Positions 21,074-30,940 of a DNA stretch of 64,000 bases are shown here, piece after piece. The stretch covers positions 278,965-342,964 of the forward strand of contig CAVTIN010000004.1 in assembly GCA_963734895.1 (NCBI GenBank), in the 5' to 3' direction. Within the stretch, counting starts at the first letter, position 1. Each line of letters starts with the position of its first letter. A model generated the notes under the pieces. That model saw only the letters and a list, made by a program, of their open reading frames with translations, made no database searches and was not told the origin of the DNA. Origin of the DNA: an uncultured Chloroflexia bacterium. Lineage in GTDB: Bacteria; Chloroflexota; Limnocylindria; Limnocylindrales; CSP1-4. The position numbers and the translations under genes are program-made.

Positions 21074-22327
21074 ATGGACGCGCCCGCGGCGTCCCACCGC
21101 GGCGCGGGCTCCGACATCGCGCTGCTGTTCGCGACCCGCGGCCTGCGGATGTTCGGGTACGGGTTCCTCGCGGTCGTCCTGGTGCTGTACCTGTCGGCGA
21201 TCGGGCTGTCGGGCGGCGAGGTGGGGCTGCTGTTCGGCCTGACGCTGCTGGGCGACGCGGTGGTCTCGCTGTGGCTCACGACCCACGCCGACCGGATCGG
21301 CCGGCGGCGCGTGCTCATGGTCGGCGCGGTCCTGATGCTCGTGGCGGGGCTGGTGTTCGTGGCCACGCCCGTGTTCGCCGTGCTCCTGGTTGCCGCGACG
21401 ATCGGGGTGCTCAGCCCGAGCGGCAACGAGGTGGGGCCATTCCTGGCCGTGGAGCAGGCCGCGCTCGCCGAGCTCATCCCCGGCCGGCGCCGGACCGGCG
21501 TGTTCGCGTGGTACCAGCTGACCGGCTCGTTCGCGACCGCCGCGGGCAGCCTGGCCGGCGGAGTCGTGTCGCAGCTGGCGCTCGATCGCGGCGCCGCCGC
21601 ACCCGACGCGTACCGGGTGGTGATCGTGGGCTACGCGCTCGTCGGGGCCGCGCTGGCGCTGCTGTTCACGCGTGTCTCGTCGCACGTCGAGGTGGCGCCG
21701 GCGGATGTCGATCCGAGCACGATTCGCGACCGGCTCGGCCTCCACCGCTCACGCTCCGTCGTGTTGCGCCTGTCCATGCTGTTCGCGCTCGACGCGTTCG
21801 CCGGCGGGTTCGCGCTCCAGAGCTTCATCGCCTTCTGGTTCCACGAGCGGTACGGCGTCGACCCGGCTGCGCTGGGGCTGGTGCTCGCCGCGGCCAACCT
21901 GCTGGCCGGGTTCTCGGCGCTCGCGGCCGGGCGGCTGGCTGCCCGCTTCGGCCTGATCCGGACGATGGTGTTCACCCACCTGCCGTCGAACGTGATGCTG
22001 ATGTTCGTCCCGCTGATGCCCACCCTGCCGCTGGCCGTGGCGCTGCTGCTCGCGCGGTACGCGATCAGCCAGATGGACGTCCCGACCCGCCAGTCGTACA
22101 TGATGGCGATCGTCGCTCCCGATGAGCGCTCGGCGACGGCCGGCGTGACCGGGATCGCGCGCAGCCTGGGGACGGCCGCCGCGCCCCTGATCGCCGGGCC
22201 CCTGTTCGCGACGGCCTCGCTGGCGAGCCTGCCGTTCCTGATCGCGGGTGGCCTCAAGGTCGGCTACGACCTGCTCCTGTTCCGCGGATTCAGCCGCCTC
22301 CGCCCGCCGGAGGAGCTGGAGGCCTGA
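21074..22327 (+). CDS. MFS transporter
   Basis: 12 predicted TM segments. DRIGRRRVLMVGAV (MFS motif A-like). ATG at 21074, just after the upstream stop. Confidence 0.8.
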   Translation: MDAPAASHRGAGSDIALLFATRGLRMFGYGFLAVVLVLYLSAIGLSGGEVGLLFGLTLLGDAVVSLWLTTHADRIGRRRVLMVGAVLMLVAGLVFVATPVFAVLLVAATIGVLSPSGNEVGPFLAVEQAALAELIPGRRRTGVFAWYQLTGSFATAAGSLAGGVVSQLALDRGAAAPDAYRVVIVGYALVGAALALLFTRVSSHVEVAPADVDPSTIRDRLGLHRSRSVVLRLSMLFALDAFAGGFALQSFIAFWFHERYGVDPAALGLVLAAANLLAGFSALAAGRLAARFGLIRTMVFTHLPSNVMLMFVPLMPTLPLAVALLLARYAISQMDVPTRQSYMMAIVAPDERSATAGVTGIARSLGTAAAPLIAGPLFATASLASLPFLIAGGLKVGYDLLLFRGFSRLRPPEELEA

Positions 22328-22487
22328 TCGGGGCGACGATCCGGAAGCCCCTCCCGGAGACCACCTCCGGCCCTGCCCAGGGGGGTGATGTGGCCGTCGG
22401 CAGGACGCCACGGGCGCTCGACAATGTCGCCCTTGCGTCCCACATCGTCGTCGCTGCCCAGACGACCGACCGAGGTCCAGACCGACC

Positions 22488-25112
22488 ATGACTGTCGACG
22501 CGTTGGCCATGCACGAGCCCGACCTGTTCCAGACCCTGCCGGCGATGACCGCGGATGCGGCCCGGACCGAGGCCGAGCGATGCCTGTACTGCTATGACGC
22601 ACCGTGCACGCGGGCCTGCCCAACGGGCATCGACGTGCCGTCGTTCATCCGCAAGATCGCGACCGGCAACATCGAGGGCAGTGCCCGGACCATCCTCGCG
22701 GCCAACCCGCTGGGGGCCACCTGCGGCGCAGCCTGTCCCGTCGAGCGGCTGTGCGAGGGTGCCTGCGTCCGCAATGCCGTCGATCAGCCGATCGCGATCG
22801 GGCGGCTCCAGCGACTACGCCGTCGAGGCGTACGCAGCCTCCGACGGCGCCTTCATCACACCCGGCGAGGAGACGGGGCTCCGGGTCGCCATCGTGGGTG
22901 CGGGTCCGGCCGGACTGGCCTGCGCGGCCGAGCTCCGCCGGGCTGGGATCGGCGCGACGCTGTACGAGGCCGACGAGCGGGCCGGCGGGCTGGGCGACCA
23001 CGGCATCGTGCCCTGGCGCCTGCCCCGCGAGACGGTCGCCCTTGACGTGGCCGAGGTGGAGCGCGCCGGCGCCCGGTTCGAGCTGGGCACGCTGGTCGGC
23101 CGGGACGTCGATCCCGCCGCGCTGCTGGCCGAGCATGACGCGGTCGTGGTGGCCATCGGCCTGGGACACGGCATGTCCCTCGACCTGCCCGGTGAGGACA
23201 AGGCGGGCGTCATCGATGCGCTGACCCTGATCCGGCACGCGATCGAAGGCGAGCCGGGCGAGGCGCCCATCGGCCGGCGGGTCGGCGTGATCGGCCGCCG
23301 GGTGGGTGTGATCGGCGGTGGCAGCACCGCGTTCGATGCCGCAGCCGCCGCGGTCCGCCTCGGGGCGGACGAGGTCACGCTGTTCTACCGGCGGAGCATC
23401 GCGGAATGCCCGGCGTATCCGCACGCGATCGAGCTGGCCCGCCGGCTGGGCGTGACGATCCGCTGGCTGACCGCGCCGGCTCGAGATCCTGGGCGACGAA
23501 CACGTCACCGGGGTCGCGTTCGAGTCGATGCAGCCTGGGCGAGCCGGATGCCACCGGGCGACGGCGCCCGCAGCCCGTCCACGGCTCGTGGTTCGAGGTA
23601 CCGCTCGACACGGTCGTGCGCGCCGTCGGCCAGGACGAGCCCGAGGGTGCCGCGAGCGTCCTGGAGGCACTCGGCCTGCCCGTGCGCGCAGGACGGCATC
23701 GTGGCCGACCCGGCGACCGGACGGACCGGCCAGCCCGAAGGTCTGGGCGATCGGCGACATCACGAGCGGCGGGGCAGAGGTCGTCAACGCCGTCCAGGCC
23801 GGCAAGCTCGCCGCACGATCGATCGTCGAGGCCCTCGGCGCCGGCGGTCCGCGGATCGTCCCGGTGAGGCCGGCCGATGCCACCGTTCCCGGCGTGGACC
23901 TGTTCACGGACATGGCCGGGATCCGGTCGCCCAACCCGTTCTGGCTCGCCAGCTGCCCGATCACCAACAACGGCGACATGGTCGCCCGGGCATTCGACGC
24001 CGGCTGGGGTGGCGTGGTCTGGAAGACCATCGGCGCCCAGGTCCGCAACGTCACGTCGCGGCTGGGATCGCTCGAGGTCGACGGCCGGCGCCTCGTCGGC
24101 CTGTCGAACATCGAGCTGATCAGCGACCGTCCGACCGAGGACAACCTGGCCGAGATCGCCGACATCAAGCGGCGCTACCCGAACCAGGCGGTGGTCGTGT
24201 CGCTGATGGTGGAGTCCAACCGCGAGGCGTGGCACGAGATCGTGCGCAAGGTGAACGACACCGGCGCCGACGGGTTCGAGCTCAACTTCGGCTGCCCGCA
24301 CGGGATGAGCGAGCGGGGCATGGGCGCGGCCGTGGGGCAGGTGCCCGAGTACGTCCGGATGATCACGGAATGGGTGATGGAGACGGCCGAGCTGCCGGTG
24401 CTGGTCAAGCTCACGCCCAACGTCACCGACATCCGCCCGCCCGCCCGGGCCGCCCGCGCCGGCGGTGCCGACGGGATCGCGCTGATCAACACCGTCAGCT
24501 CGCTGATCGGCGTCAACCTCGACACCTGGGCGCCGGTCCCGGACGTCCGCGGTCGCGGCAGCCACGGCGGGTTCTCCGGGCCGGCCGTCAAGCCCATCGC
24601 GCTGCACATGGTGTCGGCCGTGTCGTCCGATCCCGGACGTCCGGATCCCGGTCTCGGGCATCGGCGGCATCGCGGACTGGCGGGATGCGGTCGAGTTCCT
24701 GCTCGTCGGCGCGACCACCGTCCAGGTCGGCACGACCGTGATGCACCTGGGCTACCGGATCATCGACGACCTCGTCGACGGCCTGTCGACCTACCTCCGC
24801 TCGAAGGGCCTGCACAGCCCGTCCGAGCTCGTCGGGCGAGCGCTCCCGACGCTCGGCGACTGGGGCGAGCTCGACCAGACGTTCCGGCTGCTCGCCCACA
24901 TCGACGAGGCGCGCTGCATCCACTGCAACGCGTGCTACGCCGCCTGCAACGACGGCGCCCACCAGGCGATCCGCCTCGACGGGCACAACGGGTCGTCGCG
25001 GCTGACCGTGGACGGCGACTACTGCGTCGGCTGCCGGCTGTGCCAGTACGTGTGCCCGGTCGACGGGTGCATCACGTTCGACGAGCTGGAGGGCGCCGCC
25101 GCGCCCCACTGA
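22488..25112 (+). pseudogene. Fused dihydropyrimidine dehydrogenase-like gene (GltD-like 4Fe-4S/FAD/NAD(P) N-half + PreA-like FMN TIM barrel + C-terminal 2x[4Fe-4S] ferredoxin), fragmented over all three forward frames by at least 6 frameshifts
   Basis: Segments by frame: frame 0 22488-22810 (CLYCYDAPCTRACPTGIDVPSFI...CPVERLCEGACV...IGRLQR); frame 1 22810-23490 (YAVEAYAA...RVAIVGAGPAGLACAAEL...GRRVGVIGRRVGVIGGGSTAFDAA...WLTAPA); short segments in frames 2/0/1 at 23490-23760 (RLEILGDEHVTGVAFE / GSWFEVPLDTVVRAVGQDE / QDGIVADPATGRTGQP); frame 2 23760-24650 (KVWAIGDITSGGAEVVNAV...GIRSPNPFWLASCPITNNGD...ELNFGCPHGMSERGMG...LVKLTPN...MVSAVSSDP); frame 0 24650-25112 (RIPVSGIGGIADWRDAVEFLLVGATTVQVGTTVM...CIHCNACYAACNDGAHQAI...CVGCRLCQYVCPVDGCITF). 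No internal stops fall within the conserved segments. Confidence 0.8.
23275..23330 (+). repeat. In-frame imperfect 24-nt tandem duplication inside the DPD-like gene (protein GRRVGVIG-GRRVGVIG)
   Basis: ggccggcgggtcggcgtgatc / ggccgccgggtgggtgtgatc, directly upstream of the GGGS dinucleotide-binding glycine motif. Confidence 0.7.
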
Positions 25113-25262
25113 CCGGGCGGCTTGGGCCGCTGACATCCCCGCGCCGCCGGCTCCCTGGCACCCCCGGCACCCCGGCGCCGCCAGGTGGGGTGGGGGGTGG
25201 GATACTCCCGCCCGTGAGCAGCTGCTGCGGCGGAGGCATCCCCTCCTGCGAACACGTCTTCG

Positions 25263-25879
25263 ATGAGCGAACGGCAGACGACGATCTGCGCCGGTATCGC
25301 AAGTCCGGCCCGTCGTGGGCGACGCGCGAGCTGATCGACGGGCTTGCCGACGGGCTGGACGTGGCCGACCTCTCGGTGGTGGACATCGGCGCTGGCGTCG
25401 GGGCGGTGCACATCGGGCTGCTGGAGCGCGGCGCCCGGACCGCCGTCGACATCGACGGATCGAGCGCCTACCTTGCCGCAGCCCGCGGCGAGGCAGCCCG
25501 GCGCGGCCTCGAGGACCGGATCACCCACATCCTGGGCGATGTGACGAGCGTGGCCGGCGATGTCGAACCCGCCGACCTGGTGGCGCTTGACCGCGTCGTC
25601 TGCTGCTACCCAGACGCGCCGACGCTGCTGTCCGCCGCGGCCGCGCTGGCCACCCGCCGGGTTGGCTTCGTGTACCCCCGCGACACCTGGTGGGTGCGGC
25701 TCGGGGTGACGATCTCGAACCCGATCCTGTTCCGGCGATCGGTCGGCTACCGGATGCGCGTCCACCGTCCGTCCCTGCTCGCCGATGTGCTGCGCTCCGC
25801 GGGCTTCCGGCGGCGCCAGATCCGCGATGGGCGCGTGTGGCGCGTCGAGACCTGGGAACGCGCCGCGCCCGCGGCGTAG
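25263..25879 (+). CDS. Class I SAM-dependent methyltransferase
   Basis: VVDIGAGVGAVHIGLLERGA (motif I GxGxG), then an acidic residue at the end of beta-2 (VDIDGS) and a motif II-like LGDVTSV. Confidence 0.65.
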
Positions 25880-25943
25880 GCGGATGCCCCGGCGCGGCGA
25901 TGGCGCCGCGTTGCGCGCGCCTGGCGCGGGTGCGGACCAGGTG

Positions 25944-26819
25944 TCAGCGGGGCTGGGGAGCGGCCAGCAGCGAGGCGAGACGATCGATCCACATCGCGCG
26001 CTCCGACATGCGCGGCGCCGTCGCCGCCCGTTCCAGCACCTGGAGCGGCTGCAGCCAGCCGAAGGCAGCCGGCTGTTGCCGGGGTAGCCGGGACGCGCTG
26101 GCGAAGCCGCGCCACGCGGCACCGGCGACCTCGGGGTGGTGATACGTGACCACCCATGAGAACCACGCGGCGTCGAACAACGGGTGGGCAAGTCGTGCGC
26201 GATCGAGGTCGAGCAGCGCCGCCAGCGTTCCATCCCGGACGAGGATGTTGACCGGGGCGAGGTCCCCATGTGCGACGGATGGCGACACCTCGCCCGTTTC
26301 CCTCGCTCCCGCGTCGAGCAGGCCGGTGAGGAGCGCCGATGTCCGCGGGTCGAGGCGGGCGCCGCAGCGCTGTACCCACCGACGGCCGGCCGCCACGAGC
26401 CGGTCGCCCGACGCCCACGTCCTGGGGAGCCCCAGTCCTGCCGGGTCGATCCGCGAGAGCGAGGCAGCCGTGCTTCCGCACATGCGCCCGACCGCCTCCG
26501 CCGACGCCTGGTCCGCCAGCAGCTCGGAGCCGGGCCGGCCCTCGACGAGCGGGAGGGCGAGCACCACGCGTCCCGCGTCACGTCGTACGAGCGCCGGCTC
26601 CGGCACCTGGATACCCGTTCGACGTACGGCCGCACGGAGCCGGCGCCTATCGCGCCCCGTCGGGTCCGACCGGCCGGACCGCCGCTGGACGACGAGCGTC
26701 TGTCCGTCCCGAGACAGCAGCCAGGTCTCGTGATCGAAACCCCACGTTGCGCGCGACGCGGTCGGGATCCCGTCGGGCCACGCTGCAAGGACCCAGGCGG
26801 GCGGCTGTTCCTTGCTCAC
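25944..26819 (-). CDS. Aminoglycoside/choline-kinase-type phosphotransferase (APH family)
   Basis: HGDLAPVNILVRDG (Brenner catalytic motif HGDxxxxN), LLDLDRARLAHPLFDAAW (DxD region). GTG start at 26819 overlaps the downstream gene stop by 4 nt. Confidence 0.7.
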   Translation of the reverse strand: MSKEQPPAWVLAAWPDGIPTASRATWGFDHETWLLSRDGQTLVVQRRSGRSDPTGRDRRRLRAAVRRTGIQVPEPALVRRDAGRVVLALPLVEGRPGSELLADQASAEAVGRMCGSTAASLSRIDPAGLGLPRTWASGDRLVAAGRRWVQRCGARLDPRTSALLTGLLDAGARETGEVSPSVAHGDLAPVNILVRDGTLAALLDLDRARLAHPLFDAAWFSWVVTYHHPEVAGAAWRGFASASRLPRQQPAAFGWLQPLQVLERAATAPRMSERAMWIDRLASLLAAPQPR

Positions 26820-27799
26820 GGCGTGTCGCACACGGCCCCGCCGTCGCCGGACGCCGGTGGATCGCTGACCTCGCCCGGTTCGACAGGTCCGCCGGGGGTG
26901 ACCTGGGCTGCCGGCCGGCTGCGAAGCGTGATGATGCCACCCAGGGCGATCGTCGCCGCACCGGCCACCGCCCGGGCGACGATCGCCTCCCCGAAGATGA
27001 CGGCGCCAGCGGTGAATGACCACACGAGCGAGAGGTAACCGAGCGGGGCAAGATCGCTGGCCCGCCCGCGCTGGTAGGCGGCGACCAGCAGCCGGTGTCC
27101 GAGCAGCGCGGACAGGCCGATGACACCGGTCCCAATCCACTCCATGGGCGTCGGCGACTGGGCCGTGGGGACGGTCACCTCGAGCACGAACGCCGCCACC
27201 AGGCCGACCAGCCCGGAGATGAACACCGTCACCTCGGCCGGCTCATCGCTCAGCGCACGGGTGAGCAGGTTGAACAGCGCGTAGACCAGTGCCGTTCCCA
27301 GCGGCACCAGCATCGCGATGTTCAGCGCCGCCACATCGACGCCAACCATGATCACCACGCCGGAGAACCCGATGACCGCACCAATGGCCGCGGCGCGGCT
27401 GACCCGTTCGCCCAGCACCGGTCCCGCCAGGAGGACCACGATCAGGGGCGTGGTGTTGCCCAGCGTGCTCACCACGGCGATCGGAAGCAGCGAGAGGGCG
27501 AGGAAGTAGGTCGCCGTCGCGGCGAACATCGTGAGCCCGCGGGCGAGCTGCGTCCATGGGCGCCTCGTGGCGAGCAGGCGGCCCGGATGGCGCCCGCCGG
27601 CGATCAGCGCGAACGCCACGAGGTATGAGACGTGCCGGCCGAACACGACGTGCACGACGGGCTGGTGCGCGACCAGCGTCTTGGTCATCGAGTCGGTCGC
27701 GACGAACACGATCCCGGCCAGCATGAAGATGAGGGCGCCACGGCGGGCCGTGGACAGGCCGGCGAAGCGAGCCGCGACGGGGTGGGTGGAAGCGGTCAC
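26816..27799 (-). CDS. EamA/DMT-family transporter
   Basis: Ten hydrophobic segments with the duplicated EamA pattern. The start is uncertain (GTG/TTG near 27799). Confidence 0.65.
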   Translation of the reverse strand: MTASTHPVAARFAGLSTARRGALIFMLAGIVFVATDSMTKTLVAHQPVVHVVFGRHVSYLVAFALIAGGRHPGRLLATRRPWTQLARGLTMFAATATYFLALSLLPIAVVSTLGNTTPLIVVLLAGPVLGERVSRAAAIGAVIGFSGVVIMVGVDVAALNIAMLVPLGTALVYALFNLLTRALSDEPAEVTVFISGLVGLVAAFVLEVTVPTAQSPTPMEWIGTGVIGLSALLGHRLLVAAYQRGRASDLAPLGYLSLVWSFTAGAVIFGEAIVARAVAGAATIALGGIITLRSRPAAQVTPGGPVEPGEVSDPPASGDGGAVCDTP

Positions 27800-27807
27800 C
27801 AGGCCCG

Positions 27808-29139
27808 TCAGGCCGGCAGCATGTCGGTCAGGCGGCCCTCTCCGTCGAACCCGATCGGTGCGAGCGGTCCGGCCACCGTGCACCGGCCGGTCGCGACCAG
27901 GTCCGGCAGCAGCGCCTCCGACGCGTAGAACCATTCGAGATGCTTCGTGTCCAGCATCCGCACGATCCGCGCCGTCTCGGCGCGGACCTTGAGGCAGCAT
28001 GCGATTGCCGCGTCGAGCGCCTGACGATCATCGTCCACGGTCAGCGCCACGCGCCCACCCTCGGGTGTCTTGGCCGTGACGCAATTCATGTACGTCTTGG
28101 CGACGTCCATGCGGTCGACGGCCCGCCGGAGCACGACATCGGCCATGCCGACGCCCACGGCGTTGCCCTCGGTCGCATCCGTCAGGTCGCGCACGACGAT
28201 CCGCTGGATGAGCGGGTCCCGCCCGGTGGGGCCGGTGTAGTAGCGCCCCACGACGTTGGAGTCCATGCCCAGCCCGCTCACGTCCTTGCCGATCCGGTCC
28301 AGGATCAGCACGTCGAGGGCTGCGATCGGCAGCCGCGCCAGGTACCCGTCAGCCTCGGCGAGCAGCGCCTGCTCGCGCTCGTACATCCCGGCAGCCGGGA
28401 CTGCCTCGATCCGTCGGAGGCGCGCGAACCCGTTCTCGATCAGCGCCAGGCCGAACGGGATCGGCGCCGCGGCGAGCGTATGCGCGGCGACCGCGGGGAT
28501 CAGCTCCGCGAACGTCGAAAACCCTTCGCGATGGAACGTGTCGGCGCCGTGCTGCTTGCCGAGGCCGATCGCGATCATCTTGAGCAGCCCGCTCTCGGTA
28601 GGTCCCGAGAAGTCCGTGTGGGGCTTCACCCGGTTGATCGGGATGATCACGTCGGCGCCCGAGAGCGCCTCGCGATCCACGAACACGGGCACGCCGTGGA
28701 CGTCGCCGATCTCGACCGTCTCCATGCTGGAGCGGATCTCGCATCCGATGGTGTCCTCGCGGATCCCCAGCGACGCGAGCACCGCCAGCTGTCCGTCCGC
28801 GGTAGCGCCCCCATGGCTGCCCATCGCGGGCACCGCAAACACCTCGAGGCCGGCGGCACGGAGCGCGCCCACGGCTGCACGGGCCACCTCGTCGATCCGG
28901 TCGATCCCACGGCTTCCCAGCGCGACGCACGCGCGGCCGCCGCGCGGCAGGCGATCGCGGACCGGATCCAGCGCTGCGTCGACCGCAGCGCCGATGTCGT
29001 CGATCTCGGTGCGGTCCATCTCGTGGCGCACCAGCGCCCACGACGGCAGCCGCTCGTGGCGGAACACGTCCAGCCACGAGGAAGCTGCACGAGCGTCCAC
29101 CGGGGGGACCGGGGGATCATCGTCACGACGGATCGACAT
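27808..29139 (-). CDS. DUF2088 / lactate-racemase (LarA)-like domain protein
   Basis: 443 aa. RACVALGSRGIDR...FAVPAMGSHGGATADGQLAVLASLGI...ADVIIPINRVKPHTDFSGPTESGLLKMIAIGLG parallels the LarA N-terminal architecture (TR...AtGtHR...nvepHyfaGfsGGrK). No larB/larC/larE genes are present in the window. Confidence 0.5.
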   Translation of the reverse strand: MSIRRDDDPPVPPVDARAASSWLDVFRHERLPSWALVRHEMDRTEIDDIGAAVDAALDPVRDRLPRGGRACVALGSRGIDRIDEVARAAVGALRAAGLEVFAVPAMGSHGGATADGQLAVLASLGIREDTIGCEIRSSMETVEIGDVHGVPVFVDREALSGADVIIPINRVKPHTDFSGPTESGLLKMIAIGLGKQHGADTFHREGFSTFAELIPAVAAHTLAAAPIPFGLALIENGFARLRRIEAVPAAGMYEREQALLAEADGYLARLPIAALDVLILDRIGKDVSGLGMDSNVVGRYYTGPTGRDPLIQRIVVRDLTDATEGNAVGVGMADVVLRRAVDRMDVAKTYMNCVTAKTPEGGRVALTVDDDRQALDAAIACCLKVRAETARIVRMLDTKHLEWFYASEALLPDLVATGRCTVAGPLAPIGFDGEGRLTDMLPA

Positions 29140-29149
29140 CGCCGGACGC

Positions 29150-29926
29150 TCAGATCGTCATGGCGGTGAACCCGCCGTCCACGCGGACGATGGCCCCCGT
29201 GACGTAGCCGGATGCCGCGTCGGAGGCGAGCCAGACCGCGGTACCGACGAGCTCGTGCGGCTCACCGAGCCGGCCGGCCGGCGTGTGCGAGACGATCGCG
29301 CTGAGGCGGTCCTCGGACAGCAACGCCCGGTTCTGCTCCGCCGGGAAGAACCCGGGTGCGATCGCGTTGACCCGGATGTGGTGCGGTGCGAGCTCGCGGG
29401 CGAGGTACTGGGTCAGGTTGTTCAGGCCGGCCTTCGCGACCGAATAGGCGAGCACGCGAGACAGCGGGGGGCCGGACGAGGCCGACGAGATGTTGATGAT
29501 CGATCCACCCTGGCCGGCGTCGACCATGCCCCGGCCGAAGACCTGGCAGGCGACGAACACCGACGTCAGGTTGGCGTCCAGGAGCCGGCGCCACTCATCG
29601 AGCTCGATCTCGAAGAACGGCGTCGAGCTGTTGACGCCCGGGGCGTTCACCAGGATGTCCACGGGGCCAAGTACCTGCTCGACCTCCCGCCGGGCTGCCT
29701 CAACGCTCGCCAGCTCGGTCGCGTCCACGTGGACGCCGATCGCCCGGATCCCCGTCGCCTCGAGCGCCGCGACCCGGGACGCGGCTCGCTCGTCGGACCG
29801 GCCGAGGACGGCGACGGCCGCACCCGCGTCCCCGAGGCCGTGGCAGATGCTTCCGCCGAGGACGCCCGTTCCGCCGATCACGACGGCCACCCGGCCCTCG
29901 AGATCGAAAACGCCGGTCCTGGTCAT
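29150..29926 (-). CDS. Short-chain dehydrogenase/reductase
   Basis: VAVVIGGTGVLGGSICHGL, NAPGV, a catalytic YSVAKAGLNNLTQ motif, and IRVNAIAPGFF. Confidence 0.85.
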   Translation of the reverse strand: MTRTGVFDLEGRVAVVIGGTGVLGGSICHGLGDAGAAVAVLGRSDERAASRVAALEATGIRAIGVHVDATELASVEAARREVEQVLGPVDILVNAPGVNSSTPFFEIELDEWRRLLDANLTSVFVACQVFGRGMVDAGQGGSIINISSASSGPPLSRVLAYSVAKAGLNNLTQYLARELAPHHIRVNAIAPGFFPAEQNRALLSEDRLSAIVSHTPAGRLGEPHELVGTAVWLASDAASGYVTGAIVRVDGGFTAMTI

Positions 29927-30096
29927 CGGTCCAACGCCTTTCCACCCTTCCCACCGGACGCCCTGTGCTGGCTCGGCCGACGTCCGCCGGCCGCCCGACA
30001 TCACGCGCAAGTATGGCCCTTGCAGGCGTCCTGTCCAAGGGTCTACTGTAGGACAATCAACCGCAGGCCATCACGCAGACAAGCGAGGGGCAGGGC

Positions 30097-30564
30097 GTGA
30101 CCCAGTACGTCTTCGATCCGCACCAGGTGATCCGGTACCGGTTCCCGACGCACACCAACGATCTCATCATGGATCGTAAGGATGGCTCGGCCGCCGAGGC
30201 GTTCTTCGTGATCCTCGAGCCGGGTGAGGCGCCGCCGATCCACGTCCACGAGGACGCAGAGCAGGTGTTCTTCATCCTCGAGGGCGAAGGTGAGCTGGGG
30301 ATCGGGCCGGAGGCGGCCGAGCGGCACCCGTTGAAGCCCGGTGACTTCGTCCGCACCCCCCCGGGCGTTCCACATGCCGTGAGCTGCATCGGCTCGAGTC
30401 GGTTCGTGTACCTGAGCATCGACTGCTTCGTCGCCGGCCCGAACCCTGACGAGCCCACCTGGGACAGGCACGTCCACCAGATGTGCGCCATCAACGGCTG
30501 GGACTTCGACGCCGTGAAGCTGGGGCCGGTGGAGGGCGAGACGTACGGACAGCGCGACCGCTGA
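30097..30564 (+). CDS. Cupin-domain protein
   Basis: GEAPPIHVHEDAEQVFFILEGEGEL...PPGVPHAV. The cupin two-motif His/Glu pattern. Confidence 0.7.
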   Translation: MTQYVFDPHQVIRYRFPTHTNDLIMDRKDGSAAEAFFVILEPGEAPPIHVHEDAEQVFFILEGEGELGIGPEAAERHPLKPGDFVRTPPGVPHAVSCIGSSRFVYLSIDCFVAGPNPDEPTWDRHVHQMCAINGWDFDAVKLGPVEGETYGQRDR

Positions 30565-30616
30565 GGCCGACCCGGGCGTGGTTCCCATCCTGGCCGCGCC
30601 CAAACCCGGAGGAACA

Positions 30617-30940
30617 ATGATCAAGCACTTCGCCGACCTTGCGGTCGAGCCTCAGCCGTACGCGGACTACCGTCCGATCTTCGAGACCGGTCGGCTCAAT
30701 GTCACGCACGTGCGGATCCATCCGGGGGACACCGTTCCCGCGCATACCCACCACGACGAGGACCAGATCTACCACGTGGTCTCGGGGGCCGGGTTCGTCG
30801 TTCTCGACGGCGAGCGGACGGACGTCAGTGCGGGGAGCAGCGTGCTCATCCCGATCGGCACCGAGCACGAGATCACCAATACGGGCACCGACGTGCTCGA
30901 CTACGTGTTCTTCGTCGTGTTCGTCCCGGCCCGCGCATGA
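30617..30940 (+). CDS. Cupin-domain protein
   Basis: VRIHPGDTVPAHTHHDEDQIYHVVSGAG...IPIGTEHEITNTG. Confidence 0.7.
   Translation: MIKHFADLAVEPQPYADYRPIFETGRLNVTHVRIHPGDTVPAHTHHDEDQIYHVVSGAGFVVLDGERTDVSAGSSVLIPIGTEHEITNTGTDVLDYVFFVVFVPARA

Noticed and set aside
22488-25112. Programmed ribosomal frameshifting as the explanation for the multi-frame DPD-like gene
   Set aside because: Six or more frame changes in both directions at sites without slippery heptamers or downstream structures cannot plausibly be programmed. Decay or assembly error are the only reasonable explanations.
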